Positions 9,357 to 18,347 of a stretch of 64,000 nucleotides of DNA are shown here, piece by piece. Origin of the DNA: a virus; the IMG/VR virus record IMGVR_UViG_3300048060_000074; one strand, given 5' to 3'. How positions within the stretch are numbered: position 1 is the first letter of the stretch; every line of letters begins with the position of its first letter. The notes beneath the pieces were generated by a model, which ran no database searches, was not told the DNA's origin, and saw only the letters and a program-made list of their open reading frames with translations. The position numbers were made by a program, and so were the translations under genes.

Positions 9357-10369
9357 TCTTGGTTCATCCTTTCTATTTCTTTCTTAATCCTATTTCGCTC
9401 TTTGCGCAGGTGCGTCTTTTTCCACTCTGTCGCCAGCTCCCTGCACCCAGAGCACGACGGCTTTGTCCGTTCGGTGAATGTTTTGGCAAGCTCCAGGAGT
9501 AGCAGTGGGTCGTCGTATACGGTGCCGAATTCGCACCAGGACCCCTTGCAACAAACATCCATGAGCCTGCCGTTTGGCAGGTAGGACAAGCTGTCGGCGT
9601 TGCTATAGTCTCTGCACCCAACATCGTTGTGTCCGCCGATCCTGCCGCGCCCGTTAGGGATAACCGTTGCCCAACCTCGCCACGACGACCTTATACTTTC
9701 GACACAAATCCATGGGTCGTCCCCGTCTGGCTCTGGCGGCCTCTGGCAAACTTCCTCCTCGTAGATGTCGCAACAGTCCTCCTCGCACTTTGGGCACCAT
9801 TCACTGGCTCTGTACGTATCACACTCTCCACAGTACCATTTGGTCTTGTAGAAAACGCCGTCCTCGTCGCGCTCCCAGAGGTTACTGAGCGCCCATTCAA
9901 GGCGTTGGCCTTGCAATCCCTCTGGCCTAAACGCATCGTGAAACTGGTCGTTGCTTATGCGCACAGAGAATGGCAGTCCGTCCCTGGTCTCCAGTCCATG
10001 GCCATCCGGGTCGACGTAGCACCGGACGATGTCCATAAACCTGCGGATAGTAGACGGCTTGTTCATCCACCAGCCGTTGGTGGTCATTTCTACGCCAACG
10101 TCCCATCGCATCACCTGGGATAGAATGTGCTCAAACCTATCCAGGTTCAGCGTCGGCTCACCACCTACAAGGTTGATCCCGGCATGGACGCCAAGTTCTT
10201 GTAGACTATCGATCTGGCCTTTCACAGCCCACAGTACCTTGTCGCTCATCCAGCCCTTGAACTCGGTGCCGCACTCGTACATACAGTGATCGCACCTGAA
10301 GTTACAGCGGCGGGTGAGAAGTAGGCTGATCGTCACTCTTTCTTCTCGGTGTTTCTCGATATCTATCAC
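9341..10369 (-). CDS. radical SAM protein
   Basis: CNFRCDHC (CxxxCxxC), GGEP, additional C-terminal Cys. Confidence 0.9.
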   Translation of the reverse strand: MIDIEKHREERVTISLLLTRRCNFRCDHCMYECGTEFKGWMSDKVLWAVKGQIDSLQELGVHAGINLVGGEPTLNLDRFEHILSQVMRWDVGVEMTTNGWWMNKPSTIRRFMDIVRCYVDPDGHGLETRDGLPFSVRISNDQFHDAFRPEGLQGQRLEWALSNLWERDEDGVFYKTKWYCGECDTYRASEWCPKCEEDCCDIYEEEVCQRPPEPDGDDPWICVESIRSSWRGWATVIPNGRGRIGGHNDVGCRDYSNADSLSYLPNGRLMDVCCKGSWCEFGTVYDDPLLLLELAKTFTERTKPSCSGCRELATEWKKTHLRKERNRIKKEIERMNQEWLEE

Positions 10370-10626
10370 CTAAAAACTCCTATGGTATCGCGGACCATCC
10401 TAAGAAGTCCGCTTCCGTGCTGTATCAGAGCGTCGAACCCTGACAGTTCAAACTCTATCAGGTAGGTGTCTCCGTCGCACCTCAGCGCGCCGGTGCTGAC
10501 GCCCGGCATGCCGCTGGTGCGGAGGATACATTCAGCATACGCATCCGCGACGATCTTGAAAAACGCCGCCTCGCCCTTGCTGCCGTTGACGATTCGGACG
10601 GTGATCCCGTGTATGTCGGCGTTCAC
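10366..10626 (-). CDS. hypothetical protein
   Basis: GGAGG RBS, GTG at 10626. Confidence 0.55.
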   Translation of the reverse strand: MNADIHGITVRIVNGSKGEAAFFKIVADAYAECILRTSGMPGVSTGALRCDGDTYLIEFELSGFDALIQHGSGLLRMVRDTIGVFR

Positions 10627-10763
10627 AGGAGCACCTCCGAATCCTCGTTGAGCACCCGAGCCAGGGTGTCCCAGGTGATGGTCCCGACGACCACCCACTT
10701 CTCATGCAGGCGGACGTCGGGTAGTTCATCTCTCACCTTTTCAGGTGTCCATTCAAATTTCAT
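10623..10763 (-). CDS. small hypothetical protein (46 aa, not in ORF track)
   Basis: MKFEWTPEKVRDELPDVRLHEKW...; stop overlaps next GTG. Confidence 0.5.
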   Translation of the reverse strand: MKFEWTPEKVRDELPDVRLHEKWVVVGTITWDTLARVLNEDSEVLL

Positions 10764-10977
10764 CTCTTATCCTCCTTAGCTCTTTTACGCCCGAGCAAAC
10801 CTTGCACGTTGCCATGTTTACGAACTGTCGGTTTGGCCCTGGGCAAGCCCAGAACGAGCAAGGCACTGTCACGAGGCTGTTGATTACTTTTTGCAGGTCC
10901 TTTTTAAGTTGGGTTCTCGACTTTTTAGGTGTCCGTTTAGAATTGGTCTTTTTAGGTGTCCATTTAGAATTGGTCAT
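10753..10977 (-). CDS. small basic protein with C-terminal Cys motif
   Basis: GGAGG RBS; TNSK(W/R)TPKK duplicated; CSFWAC...CKVC. Confidence 0.55.
   Translation of the reverse strand: MTNSKWTPKKTNSKRTPKKSRTQLKKDLQKVINSLVTVPCSFWACPGPNRQFVNMATCKVCSGVKELRRIRDEI
10921..10974. repeat. 27-bp tandem duplication
   Basis: CTTTTTAGGTGTCC(G/A)TTTAGAATTGGT x2. Confidence 0.9.
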
Positions 10978-11311
10978 AGTCCACCTCCACGCCAAAGGAT
11001 TTCATTACAGCCTGCCGCAGGGACTCCCGCACCTTTTCCAGCGCGTCGTCGATACCGGCGTCGAGGCGGTCGAACTTTATGGCAACCAAAGCGGCGGCCT
11101 CCTTGGAGATTTCCTTGTCGATGGCATCCGCGGCGACCTGGACAAAGTTGGCAACATCGTCGATCTCTTGGCCCTCGACAATGATACGAAAGTCAGGATT
11201 TCCGGCCGGCGCACTCTTGAACACCTCGCGGTCATCCACCGAGCACAGCATTTCAACCAAAAGCCACTGCGCCGTTTGTGACATCTCATCAAATCTATAG
11301 TTTCTGGTCAT
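10964..11311 (-). CDS. hypothetical protein
   Basis: GGAGG RBS. Confidence 0.7.
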   Translation of the reverse strand: MTRNYRFDEMSQTAQWLLVEMLCSVDDREVFKSAPAGNPDFRIIVEGQEIDDVANFVQVAADAIDKEISKEAAALVAIKFDRLDAGIDDALEKVRESLRQAVMKSFGVEVDYDQF

Positions 11312-11328
11312 GCTAACCTCCCTTCTCG

Positions 11329-11344
11329 TTTTATACGTGTAAAA
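11329..11344. promoter_or_regulatory. 16-bp palindrome TTTTATACGTGTAAAA
   Basis: abuts stop at 11345, precedes RBS of 11311. Confidence 0.9.
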
Positions 11345-11914
11345 TCAGTTTTTGGCGTCTGTCATATCTCGCAGTATCCCGCCAGACCGTTCGCTTGGTT
11401 CTTCCCACCCGGCCTCCTTCATCGCCGCGTCATATTCGTCTTGGGAGTTAAAGCATTGTGGACAGTAGGCATAGCCCTGTCTGACAAGCCCATCGGTCTC
11501 GTTGGTATAAGCGCGAATGTGCCTGAATGGGTGAGACGGGTGGTGGCGAATTTGCGGATGATATCCATAATAGTACCTACCGTCGGCGTACAGACCGCGC
11601 TGTGTGCGCCAGACAACGACCCGCCCGTTGCCGGAGCAGGTTTTGCATGAGAGGTTGAGGAACGAGTGCCAGGTCTCTGCGCCTTGCCCAACCCTCGGCT
11701 CACACGCCGGACACATCAGGATCCGGTAGTTCGCTTCAAACATCTGGTTGCGATATACCAGCCAGAATTTCCACCAGCCACCCTCTGTGTCCTTCACGCC
11801 GGTTTCAAGTTGGTCTTGGCAAGCCAGGCCATCCCTGATTCCAGGTATCACATCCAGCACGTGGTTGTGATCCCAAGGCTCTTTGCAGTGCTCACAGTAT
11901 AGATCCATCGTCAT
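11345..11914 (-). CDS. Cys-rich zinc-binding protein
   Basis: CEHC, CPAC, CKTCSGNG, CPQC. Confidence 0.65.
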   Translation of the reverse strand: MTMDLYCEHCKEPWDHNHVLDVIPGIRDGLACQDQLETGVKDTEGGWWKFWLVYRNQMFEANYRILMCPACEPRVGQGAETWHSFLNLSCKTCSGNGRVVVWRTQRGLYADGRYYYGYHPQIRHHPSHPFRHIRAYTNETDGLVRQGYAYCPQCFNSQDEYDAAMKEAGWEEPSERSGGILRDMTDAKN

Positions 11915-12327
11915 TTCTTTCTCCCAGTTGCTCTTGGCCCATAATAAGCCGCGTTCCTTGAACAGGCATTTTCCACCATCATGCTGTAGACACAAATGCT
12001 TCTGCATCCGCCGCCGCCGTAGGGGCAGGGGTCGCCGCGCTTGATATCCTCGGCCATTGCTAGTCGGGCGGTGAGCTCGTCCGCGTGTGTGGTAAACACC
12101 GGCACGCAAGGAAACTTTGTCTTGCGGATCATGATTGTCTTTACGCCACCGATCTCTCTTGTTCTACTAACGTACTCTTTCTCGCCATCGGCGAGCTCTA
12201 TCGTAACCAAGTATATCGTGTGCTTTGAGAGTTTTTGCCTGGTTATCTTCTTCACGATGCCATGAACCTGGTACTGGCTCCAGTCGCGGCGTTCTTTCAG
12301 TGCGTATACTACATCGCCGATTTTCAT
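11911..12327 (-). CDS. hypothetical protein
   Basis: ATGA coupling. Confidence 0.65.
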   Translation of the reverse strand: MKIGDVVYALKERRDWSQYQVHGIVKKITRQKLSKHTIYLVTIELADGEKEYVSRTREIGGVKTIMIRKTKFPCVPVFTTHADELTARLAMAEDIKRGDPCPYGGGGCRSICVYSMMVENACSRNAAYYGPRATGRKK

Positions 12328-12644
12328 TCTAGCCTCATTTCTTGTGTTTTCATCCAGTGGACCATTTTCGGGCCAAAGTTATCGCCGACGCGGCCAATTC
12401 TTGAATAGCCGTTGCAGCTTTCAACGTGGCCGTCAACGTCCAGGACAAGCCTTACGTCATCGCCAGCGCAGCTACTAATATCACCTGGTTCATACTCGCA
12501 GTTGGCGCAACATACGCATCGGTGTTCGTGTTCGTGCAGGACCCCGAGTTCGGCTGGGTTATCGACCACCAGCCAGATATCCGGGTCGGTTATCCCGACG
12601 TCTTTCGGATTATGCTCTACGGTTTGTCGCTCACCTGAATCCAT
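12324..12644 (-). CDS. hypothetical protein
   Basis: ORF in coupled chain; start uncertain. Confidence 0.5.
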   Translation of the reverse strand: MDSGERQTVEHNPKDVGITDPDIWLVVDNPAELGVLHEHEHRCVCCANCEYEPGDISSCAGDDVRLVLDVDGHVESCNGYSRIGRVGDNFGPKMVHWMKTQEMRLE

Positions 12645-13083
12645 ACAACGAACCTATGCTTTCTATCGGGGTATGGCAGGCGGCGCAATCCGGGCCGGCA
12701 TCGGCATAGTTCACATACCAGCCGACCAACTGGCCGCTTCTCACCCGCTCGATGCAGTGGGTAGCGCAGCCACCGCACAGCAGGAACTTGCGACCATCGA
12801 GGCGTTGCCGGTAGCAGATTGCATAGCCGCCCGGCCATACGTATTTGGGTAGCTTGCCGTGGTTCATCTTGGCAAGCTTGCGAACCTGCGACTCTGGCGG
12901 CATAGGGCCATCCAGGTCGGTGATAAAGCCAAGGATAAGGTGAGGCTCCTCGGTGTTCAGTGCTGGCTTTAGGAACGATTCATAAAACTCTAGCTCGCGC
13001 CGTGACAAATCGGCGATACGCGGGTTACTGGAACTGAGCAGTAACTCCATCGCCCTAATAGCGTCTTGTCTGGTCTCGATCAT
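12631..13083 (-). CDS. conserved phage protein with WPGGY motif and zinc ribbon
   Basis: YVWPGGYAICY...LCGGCA...CAACHTPIES. Confidence 0.65.
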   Translation of the reverse strand: MIETRQDAIRAMELLLSSSNPRIADLSRRELEFYESFLKPALNTEEPHLILGFITDLDGPMPPESQVRKLAKMNHGKLPKYVWPGGYAICYRQRLDGRKFLLCGGCATHCIERVRSGQLVGWYVNYADAGPDCAACHTPIESIGSLYGFR

Positions 13084-13355
13084 CTCTCGTTCTCCTTCCA
13101 AGGTTCTGGGCAATCGCAAGCCGGCAGCTCGGCCTCGTCGCCAACCACGAACGCAAGCCACTCTCTAAAGATGCGGCGTGCGCACTTTGGTAGTAGGTGG
13201 TAGGTCCTGGACAGGTCGCCGATCATTCCTGATTGCCAGGACGTGTCGGTCACTGAGCAAGTGCCGGTGTACAGATAAAGGCTCCATCTCATCTCGGAGA
13301 TTTCCGGGTGTACGCAGCGCATATCGAGCGGGTCGAGTTTTGCTTTTTCGGTCAT
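13080..13355 (-). CDS. hypothetical protein
   Basis: GAGG RBS, ATGA coupling. Confidence 0.6.
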   Translation of the reverse strand: MTEKAKLDPLDMRCVHPEISEMRWSLYLYTGTCSVTDTSWQSGMIGDLSRTYHLLPKCARRIFREWLAFVVGDEAELPACDCPEPWKENER

Positions 13356-13428
13356 GGCGGCCTCTTTTCGGGCAACTGGTGGTCGCAGCATTTCCTTTCT
13401 GGTCATCAAGTCCACTCTGCGTCTCCTT

Positions 13429-13662
13429 CTAGTACAGATCCAGGGTCACCTCGACGGTGCCCTGAATGTGCGCGGTGATGCTGCCGATCCGTTTGTACAA
13501 AACGTTCTCAATGAGAACGCCGCAAGACAGTTCAAAGAGAACAGACTTGTTCTCTTTGTCCACATGCATTGCGGCTTCGGATTTCCCCGCGATGTTTGTG
13601 ATGCTCACTGTTTGCCCATGCAGAGCCTCGATCATCAGCTCCTTTGCGGTCTTTTCGTTCAC
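13429..13662 (-). CDS. hypothetical protein
   Basis: AAGGAG RBS. Confidence 0.6.
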   Translation of the reverse strand: MNEKTAKELMIEALHGQTVSITNIAGKSEAAMHVDKENKSVLFELSCGVLIENVLYKRIGSITAHIQGTVEVTLDLY

Positions 13663-13761
13663 TTGTCATTCTCCTTTTTGTGTATGCGCCTACTACCCCG
13701 GCCAATCCCTTTTCGGCGCAACATATGCCGGGCGAGGGAGGTTTGGGCCTCCCTCACAGGG

Positions 13762-13944
13762 TTACTCGGTTTCTGCTGAAGCCTTGAAACTGGGGAACCG
13801 AATGATGAATTCTGCCGCAAACTCAGCATCACCCGTTATCTTGGCCAGGTGTGCGGCTGCGACAATGGTGTCTCTTGTTGCGCCTGTGGCTTTTTGTATT
13901 GATGTGACCATCGCCTCTTTTTCTTCTTTGGTAGGTGTGCTCAC
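13762..13944 (-). CDS. hypothetical protein
   Basis: GTG start overlapping upstream stop. Confidence 0.55.
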   Translation of the reverse strand: MSTPTKEEKEAMVTSIQKATGATRDTIVAAAHLAKITGDAEFAAEFIIRFPSFKASAETE

Positions 13945-14402
13945 AGGTTGTCGTCCTCCGCGTCTTCGTCAAGGCCCCACCTGAGTGGTGCGCCGGCGAC
14001 TTCCCACTCATAAAGGATTGAGGCATCGTCGATCTCGACGACGAATACCGCATCGCACACTTCGCCAGTCGTGCGGCTCTCTTGGAATTTCGTTTGAAGG
14101 TAGTGGTATTTGTTTAGCCATTGGCTCGGGACCTGCACGACAACAGTGTGGGTCTCTGCAAAGAGATCGGCGTGGCTTCTGGCAAACTGCTCGGCCACTC
14201 GGATGTCATAAGTCCCTCGCCGTGCGGCGTTTGTCTCGCAGCTTATGCGCTCTAGTTCGAGGTCGGGCACGTTGGTCTCGTACCTCGCCTCGTCGACCAG
14301 CCCCAGCCCGACTGGCCTGGCTGGCAGACTTATCACCGCCATATAGTTCAATACGGGTACGAATTTTACTGTAAACTCCACGGTCTTTTTCCTTTCTTGC
14401 AA
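13941..14402 (-). CDS. hypothetical protein
   Basis: 153-aa ORF. Confidence 0.6.
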   Translation of the reverse strand: MQERKKTVEFTVKFVPVLNYMAVISLPARPVGLGLVDEARYETNVPDLELERISCETNAARRGTYDIRVAEQFARSHADLFAETHTVVVQVPSQWLNKYHYLQTKFQESRTTGEVCDAVFVVEIDDASILYEWEVAGAPLRWGLDEDAEDDNL

Positions 14403-14436
14403 TGTTCGGTTAATCCAATGTTGACACCGGTCTTTG

Positions 14437-14838
14437 TTATTGCGCCTCCTCCTCCGGCGGGATTTTCGTCGCCAAGAATTTATTCATCGCCTTCTCCATA
14501 ATCTCGAACTCTGCGAATGATGGTGTATAACCGAGGGTCTTTGTTATCAGCCCGATTAGGAGGGCGAGTGGCGATATGCCGTAGCAGATTTGGGCATCGC
14601 GCCACACTGCCATGTGGCTTGATTCTGGTATTGGGCTGTGCGGAGAGCATCGGCCTTCGGGGCGGTACTGGCATTCACACTCATCGCCGGAATAATGTTC
14701 GGTGACTGAGTACAGACCGACGTAGGCCATGCCAGTCCACTGGTACAGTCTGATATGGGTTGGCGGGTCGCCCCATATCACCCCCAGGTCCTTCACGCCT
14801 GGGGCGGCGGTTATTTCAGTCTTCATCTTTGCGTCCAT
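14437..14838 (-). CDS. hypothetical protein
   Basis: AGGAGG RBS. Confidence 0.7.
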   Translation of the reverse strand: MDAKMKTEITAAPGVKDLGVIWGDPPTHIRLYQWTGMAYVGLYSVTEHYSGDECECQYRPEGRCSPHSPIPESSHMAVWRDAQICYGISPLALLIGLITKTLGYTPSFAEFEIMEKAMNKFLATKIPPEEEAQ

Positions 14839-14853
14839 ATTACATACCTCCTG

Positions 14854-14869
14854 TTTTACACGTATAAAA
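14854..14869. promoter_or_regulatory. 16-bp palindrome TTTTACACGTATAAAA
   Basis: gene boundary, directly upstream of RBS of 14838. Confidence 0.9.
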
Positions 14870-15172
14870 TCAACTATCTAACTTGGCTTTTTCCCATTTG
14901 TCGATTGCATCTTTAAGTTCCCGCACGGCCTTTTCGTAGCCTATGCGGTAGCCGTGACGGAATCCCCGTCGCCAGGCTGCGCCCTTGGTCGGCTCCAGTC
15001 CGTGGCTGGCAATAAAGGACATCAGCTTGTCGTATGCTTCCAGGTGTTCGCCGATCTCGTCTGGGTCGTGTCCTTCCTCGGCCAGCGAGTCTCGTAGGAA
15101 GTTCACAAAGGCTGGCCTGTGCAGTTGGTGTTGAGACAAATGGCGGATCATATGGGCATCTTGCAGTTTCAC
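14870..15172 (-). CDS. hypothetical protein
   Basis: AGGAG RBS, GTG at 15172. Confidence 0.55.
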   Translation of the reverse strand: MKLQDAHMIRHLSQHQLHRPAFVNFLRDSLAEEGHDPDEIGEHLEAYDKLMSFIASHGLEPTKGAAWRRGFRHGYRIGYEKAVRELKDAIDKWEKAKLDS

Positions 15173-15182
15173 AGTGTCACTC

Positions 15183-16067
15183 CTAGGTATGGGTGCTGTA
15201 CTCAAACGTACCATTCGGCAAGAACTCGTTGGTTTCCGGGTCTTTCGAGCGGTTCGCGTGCGCGATAATCCCGCCATTCATAATACGGTTTCTGTCTTTG
15301 TCGGACATCACCCAGTAAAAGCTCATCGGGCGGTTCTCGGAGGGCAGGTGGTCGGGATAGACATTCACCGTCACCAACTGTCCATTGGACGAGTTCTTTG
15401 CCGACCTTGCGCGGGCCTGCATTTGCTCCTTCAGCGAGTAATTATCCTTGTTGGTCACTCTCGGGTCGTGCAAGGCTTGGAGGTAATACTTGTCAGTGTC
15501 TCGGTGGAAAACCATTCGGATGTGAGGTGCATACTTGCGTGCAAAGTATGCGATGGTCTCGTGGTGGACCGTGTGGCGCCAACGCGCATTCGCCACATCA
15601 TAGTCCCAGTCCCGGCGTTCAAAGTACGGGACGGTCTCGTCGTTGCACTCGGCCCTCATGCGGTCCACGTCGGCCTTCAGTCTCGTGGCCTGGCGGGCTG
15701 CCATGCGCAGCAGATACGAGAACTCGCCGGCGGGGAACGTGGCGAAGGTTTTCCTGGAAAAATATCCAGTCTCATAGTCATCTGTACCGTACACACGGCG
15801 GTTAACGCCGCCATCGAAATGTGTAATGCGTGCCCCGCCTGGGGTCAGCATCAGCAGGTGGATACCGTCGTTAAAGAACGGGATGAATGGCGCCGTGTCG
15901 TCCATGCAATCGGCTGCAAAGTACGCCTCGGCGATAGTGAGAATGACGCTCTCGTAAGGGCGTCTGTTTTCTGGGCGGTCCTCGTCCAGGGACGTGGTGG
16001 ACAGTTCCACGCGGACAAAGCCGCCGGTGGTTGCCTCAAAACTCAAGTAAGTCAGGTCTGCGAACAT
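15183..16067 (-). CDS. hypothetical protein (294 aa)
   Basis: long ORF, AAAGGA RBS. Confidence 0.75.
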   Translation of the reverse strand: MFADLTYLSFEATTGGFVRVELSTTSLDEDRPENRRPYESVILTIAEAYFAADCMDDTAPFIPFFNDGIHLLMLTPGGARITHFDGGVNRRVYGTDDYETGYFSRKTFATFPAGEFSYLLRMAARQATRLKADVDRMRAECNDETVPYFERRDWDYDVANARWRHTVHHETIAYFARKYAPHIRMVFHRDTDKYYLQALHDPRVTNKDNYSLKEQMQARARSAKNSSNGQLVTVNVYPDHLPSENRPMSFYWVMSDKDRNRIMNGGIIAHANRSKDPETNEFLPNGTFEYSTHT

Positions 16068-16297
16068 GCTTCTTTTTCCTTTCTGTGCATCATTACGGCG
16101 TTCTCCAGCAAGGCGCTGGAGCCAACACTGGTAGAGATCTGAATGGTCAGCAACAGGACATCGTTAAGGTCTAGTCCAATGCTCACAGCCGTCTCGAAGG
16201 CCGCCCTAATTGCTCTGGTGAGTCGGTCGCTGATCAAGACCGCGTGTGGGTTTTTGTGATCGAACATGCCATATTTGTCGTAGATTCGTTTTGTCAT
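16052..16297 (-). CDS. hypothetical protein
   Basis: AAGGAG RBS. Confidence 0.65.
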   Translation of the reverse strand: MTKRIYDKYGMFDHKNPHAVLISDRLTRAIRAAFETAVSIGLDLNDVLLLTIQISTSVGSSALLENAVMMHRKEKEACSQT

Positions 16298-16312
16298 GGG
16301 GCTCCTTTTCTG

Positions 16313-16328
16313 TTTTACACGTATAAAA
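16313..16328. promoter_or_regulatory. 16-bp palindrome TTTTACACGTATAAAA
   Basis: abuts stop at 16329, precedes RBS of 16297. Confidence 0.9.
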
Positions 16329-16544
16329 TCAGTTTGAAAAGCCTGCTTTCCGGGCGACGGACGCCGCCTGGTCGACTTGTTTGCCGATCAGGTTCCACGC
16401 CTTGCCGCACAGGGCATTCTGGCCCTCATTCGTAAAAACGTGGTCCGCCTTACCCCAGGCGATGGCGGTGATAGTTTCCAGCATGGTAGCTGCGCCGTAC
16501 TGGTCGATTAATAATTCCAATCGGGTCGACAGTTCATCCAGCAC
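16329..16544 (-). CDS. hypothetical protein
   Basis: GGAG RBS, GTG start. Confidence 0.6.
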   Translation of the reverse strand: MLDELSTRLELLIDQYGAATMLETITAIAWGKADHVFTNEGQNALCGKAWNLIGKQVDQAASVARKAGFSN

Positions 16545-16547
16545 GTT

Positions 16548-17102
16548 TTAGGTCTCCTCCTGTTTCTCTCTGTACTGCACGGCGAACACATCTGTTGAGT
16601 CGCACTCGACAGAGAACTCATACTCGTCGTAAAGGTCGGCGCACTGCTCGCGCCACAGCTCGTCGTGATAGGCTTCTTCTGAGCCCATACCGTCACAGGT
16701 AGGGCAGATAGCCGGGAAGGCGCCGTCGCCGCCACAAGCATTACAGACAAAGGTCTCGCCATCCGGGCGGACAGTGGTATGGAAATCGTTTACGAGGGAA
16801 TGGATCACCACATCGCGCGGCTCGTTTCTTCTCTTCATCAGGTCGGTGACAGAGCGGTACTTTCTGCCCTCGCATATGTTGCAAGTCTCCATATCGGTGG
16901 GGTGCGTGCCTTTGCCACCGCAAGTAGGACACGGTGTCACATTCGAGCGCGCCCAAGGCGTATAGAATTTACCCGACGGCCAGATCATGCGTCCCAGGTA
17001 AACGGCGCGTTGTTCTTGGTCATCGTTGCTCCATGTTTCTTGTTCGAGCGCCTTCTTGACCAGTTCCGGGTCAAATCCCAATTCGATCTGAGGTTCGCAC
17101 AT
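16548..17102 (-). CDS. protein with DnaJ-type CxxCxGxG zinc-finger repeats
   Basis: CPTCGGKG, CNICEG, CNACGGDG, CPTCDGMG; AAGGAG RBS. Confidence 0.75.
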   Translation of the reverse strand: MCEPQIELGFDPELVKKALEQETWSNDDQEQRAVYLGRMIWPSGKFYTPWARSNVTPCPTCGGKGTHPTDMETCNICEGRKYRSVTDLMKRRNEPRDVVIHSLVNDFHTTVRPDGETFVCNACGGDGAFPAICPTCDGMGSEEAYHDELWREQCADLYDEYEFSVECDSTDVFAVQYREKQEET

Positions 17103-17154
17103 TTCATTCTCCTTGCCGGGTGTAACGCCGGCGCTAATCAAACTATTCAGCGAG

Positions 17155-17218
17155 TCGCTCCAGCCAGAATCGAACTGGCAATTGGCCATCGTCTAGGTTA
17201 CTAGAATACTCTGGAGCG
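17155..17218 (-). ncRNA. tRNA-like mini RNA (acceptor stem + T-arm, no anticodon arm)
   Basis: CGCTCCA/TGGAGCG 7-bp stem, GCCAG-TTCGATT-CTGGC T-arm, discriminator A; only 32 nt between the arms. Confidence 0.45.
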
Positions 17219-17322
17219 GTACGCCGTGAGCGGTGTTAACGCCCTCTCATCCCATACGGCGATAGGGAGTGTTGCATTGCGGCCTCCTTATGGTGCAGAG
17301 TAGTCAATTTCTTGAAAGGTGG

Positions 17323-17517
17323 TCAGATCAATCCCAATTTTAGTAACCAACTGGGATTACCGTGTGGGCAATACCCATCTGGTTCCACCCAACAGGCGTG
17401 GACGCACGCCGCCTCACAGCCACCATCCTCGGCCTCCCACCTGATCAGCGTTTCCAGGTCAGGCGGATCGAGGGTTTTTGTTGTGTCATCCAAGTCGGTA
17501 GTGGTTGGCATCGTCAT
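17323..17517 (-). CDS. small conserved phage protein (VEPDGxCPHG motif)
   Basis: CEAAC...WVEPDGYCPHGNPSWLLKLGLI. Confidence 0.7.
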   Translation of the reverse strand: MTMPTTTDLDDTTKTLDPPDLETLIRWEAEDGGCEAACVHACWVEPDGYCPHGNPSWLLKLGLI

Positions 17518-17777
17518 CGGCGTCTCCTATTGATCTTGCGTGAGCGCGCCGCGATCTTGTTCCGGCGCTTGCGCTTTTTGCGCCAGTTCTTGGGTTTGAG
17601 GCGTCGCCCGGCAGCGTGGGGGCTAACGCGGCCTGCGGGGTACTCCACCTGCGTAAATGCCCCGACGAGGCGCTCCCAGAACGTTTGTTGGGCCTTGCGG
17701 AATTTCTTCTCGGCCCGCTTGAGTTCTGCCTGATCTACCTCTGGTTTGTGGTTATCGATCTGCTGGTTGTCGTTCAT
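17514..17777 (-). CDS. protein with Arg/Lys-rich C-terminus
   Basis: AAGGAG RBS; KPKNWRKKRKRRNKIAARSRKINRRRR. Confidence 0.65.
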   Translation of the reverse strand: MNDNQQIDNHKPEVDQAELKRAEKKFRKAQQTFWERLVGAFTQVEYPAGRVSPHAAGRRLKPKNWRKKRKRRNKIAARSRKINRRRR

Positions 17778-17971
17778 GGTCGTTTCTCCTTTTTCTCGTG
17801 GCTGAAAAAGCCACCCCAAAACGCAACGCTGATCACGATTGCGAATACAAGTGGCTGTTCCCAGGTAACTGTTTTGGCGGGGAGCTCGCTATCGACCATA
17901 GCCACTGCCGTGGCGATAAAGTACGCGATCAAGGTCAGTGTTGTCGTGAAAATAATCCAGTTAATTCTCAT
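17774..17971 (-). CDS. small two-helix membrane protein
   Basis: MRINWIIFTTTLTLIAYFIA...VFAIVISVAFWGGFF. Confidence 0.6.
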   Translation of the reverse strand: MRINWIIFTTTLTLIAYFIATAVAMVDSELPAKTVTWEQPLVFAIVISVAFWGGFFSHEKKEKRP

Positions 17972-18312
17972 GCCCGGTCTCGGCGGTAGGCTTGTTCGAT
18001 CAGGACACGGCGCCCTGCCGAGACATAGTGAGGGGGTCCGTGTTCGACCAGTTCTACCGGCATCAGCACGGCGAACCGGTTGCCCTGGGCGTCCACCTTT
18101 ACGGTGTAATGGCACCACCACACATCCTCGTGGCGCGGAGGTGGCACATCCAGTTTAGTCTCTGGATCTTCCCACTCATCGCCTCGCCAGGCGCGGTGGG
18201 GGACAGCGTAGGCGATCTCCAATTCGTCCAGGAAGGCGTTATCAAATGAGCAACGCACCTGTCCGCCCACGAACTCGAATTCTGCCCAAATTTGAGGCTT
18301 GTTCATTGTCAT
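17968..18312 (-). CDS. hypothetical protein
   Basis: AAGGAG RBS downstream of an extended -10. Confidence 0.7.
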   Translation of the reverse strand: MTMNKPQIWAEFEFVGGQVRCSFDNAFLDELEIAYAVPHRAWRGDEWEDPETKLDVPPPRHEDVWWCHYTVKVDAQGNRFAVLMPVELVEHGPPHYVSAGRRVLIEQAYRRDRA

Positions 18313-18325
18313 TCTCCTTTGCTAC

Positions 18326-18334
18326 ATTATAACA
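18326..18334 (-). promoter_or_regulatory. extended -10 promoter
   Basis: TGtTATAAT just upstream of the RBS of 18312. Confidence 0.55.
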
Positions 18335-18347
18335 CAAATCCGATAGG

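Noticed and set aside
10921-10974. 27-bp duplication as a regulatory element
   Set aside because: In-frame coding duplication (TNSKxTPKK); most simply a slippage event
17155-17218. Canonical tRNA gene
   Set aside because: No 7-nt anticodon loop or D-loop GG; reported only as tRNA-like
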